Of a stretch of 64,000 nt of DNA, positions 63,285-64,000 are shown one piece after another. How positions within the stretch are numbered: the stretch's first letter is position 1; each line of letters opens with the position of its first letter. The notes under the pieces are model-generated. The model was not told where the DNA came from. It was given only the letters and a program-made list of their open reading frames with translations, and searched no databases. Source of the DNA: Octopus sinensis (lineage: Eukaryota); assembly GCF_006345805.1 (NCBI RefSeq), contig NC_043006.1:6076001-6140000 (forward strand). Direction: 5' to 3'. The position numbers and the translations under genes are program-made.

Positions 63285-63735
63285 TATCAGTGAATATATA
63301 GTTCAGCATGGATTCCATAATTTTGGAGACAAGAACCTTCAAAATGAGGAAGGTTACAATTGACAAGGATCAACTGAGGCCATTGTTGAAGATTTTCACC
63401 AAACAACTCAAAAGTTTGCAGCACTAAACATCGCCCGTTCCACAGTTGTTCAACATCTTCATCACATTGGAAAGTCAAAGAAGCTCAACAAATAAGCACA
63501 GTTATGACCTGAATGGAAATAACCCATGCTAGCATGGAGAACGGACATTAAACGATGATGATGTAATGATGTCTGCTCTGCATTTCTTTACAAATGCAGT
63601 CTGTTTCTTGATTGTAGTGTGATATGATGGAAAATGAAAATTTTTATAACGAACAATGTTCTATGTAGTGGCTGGACCAAGGTGAACATTTTCTCAAACT
63701 GAAACAGCATCAAAAGAAGATTATGACCGCTGGTG
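63285..63735 (+). mobile_element. Decayed mariner transposase remnant
   Basis: Frameshifted STVVQHLHHIGKSKKLNK and WLDQGEHFLKLKQHQKKIM segments. Confidence 0.65.
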
Positions 63736-64000
63736 GTCAGCAAAGGGTTTCTTTTAGTCCCAATCTCCCATATTCACCAACAAAACTTTGGTAACCATGA
63801 GACTAGAGCAGAAGACACCCAAGGTACCATGCTATAGGACTGAATCTGAAACCATATGGCCAGGAAGAGAATTTCATAACCATACAGCCACACCAGCACC
63901 TAGTCTTTATATATAAAAGTCAAGTTGTGTGTCTGTCTCCTACGATTTAGATTCCTAACTACTCCCACATTTTGCAGTGCAGTTTAACCAAAACCGGGTA

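Overview
AT-rich, repeat-dense animal genomic DNA, most likely an octopod cephalopod (inferred from the repeat families). I reconstructed three intron-rich genes by hand from splice sites and reading frame: (1) the 5' end of the splicing factor ISY1 (- strand, running off the left edge); (2) a complete 9-exon mitochondrial Obg-family GTPase GTPBP10 (+ strand, 5972-20675, 394 aa), head-to-head with ISY1; (3) the last 14 coding exons of ATG9 (- strand, 42053-62897). The rest is tRNA-derived SINEs, RTE/CR1/R4-Dong/HERO-like LINE fragments, Penelope-like elements, Tc1/mariner, piggyBac-like and Helitron-like elements, and microsatellites. Three signals stand out. First, about ten minimal hammerhead-ribozyme folds from several unrelated repeat families, including natural compensatory core variants (G3-C8, U3-A8) and a U6 variant. 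Second, a young ORF-less retroelement made of an RTE 3' tail plus a 5' array of 353-bp monomers with A/B higher-order alternation, nested in a Penelope inverted pseudo-LTR. Third, a small TIR element with a 13-bp target-site duplication beside the GTPBP10 first exon. All identifications come from motif recognition, not database searches.
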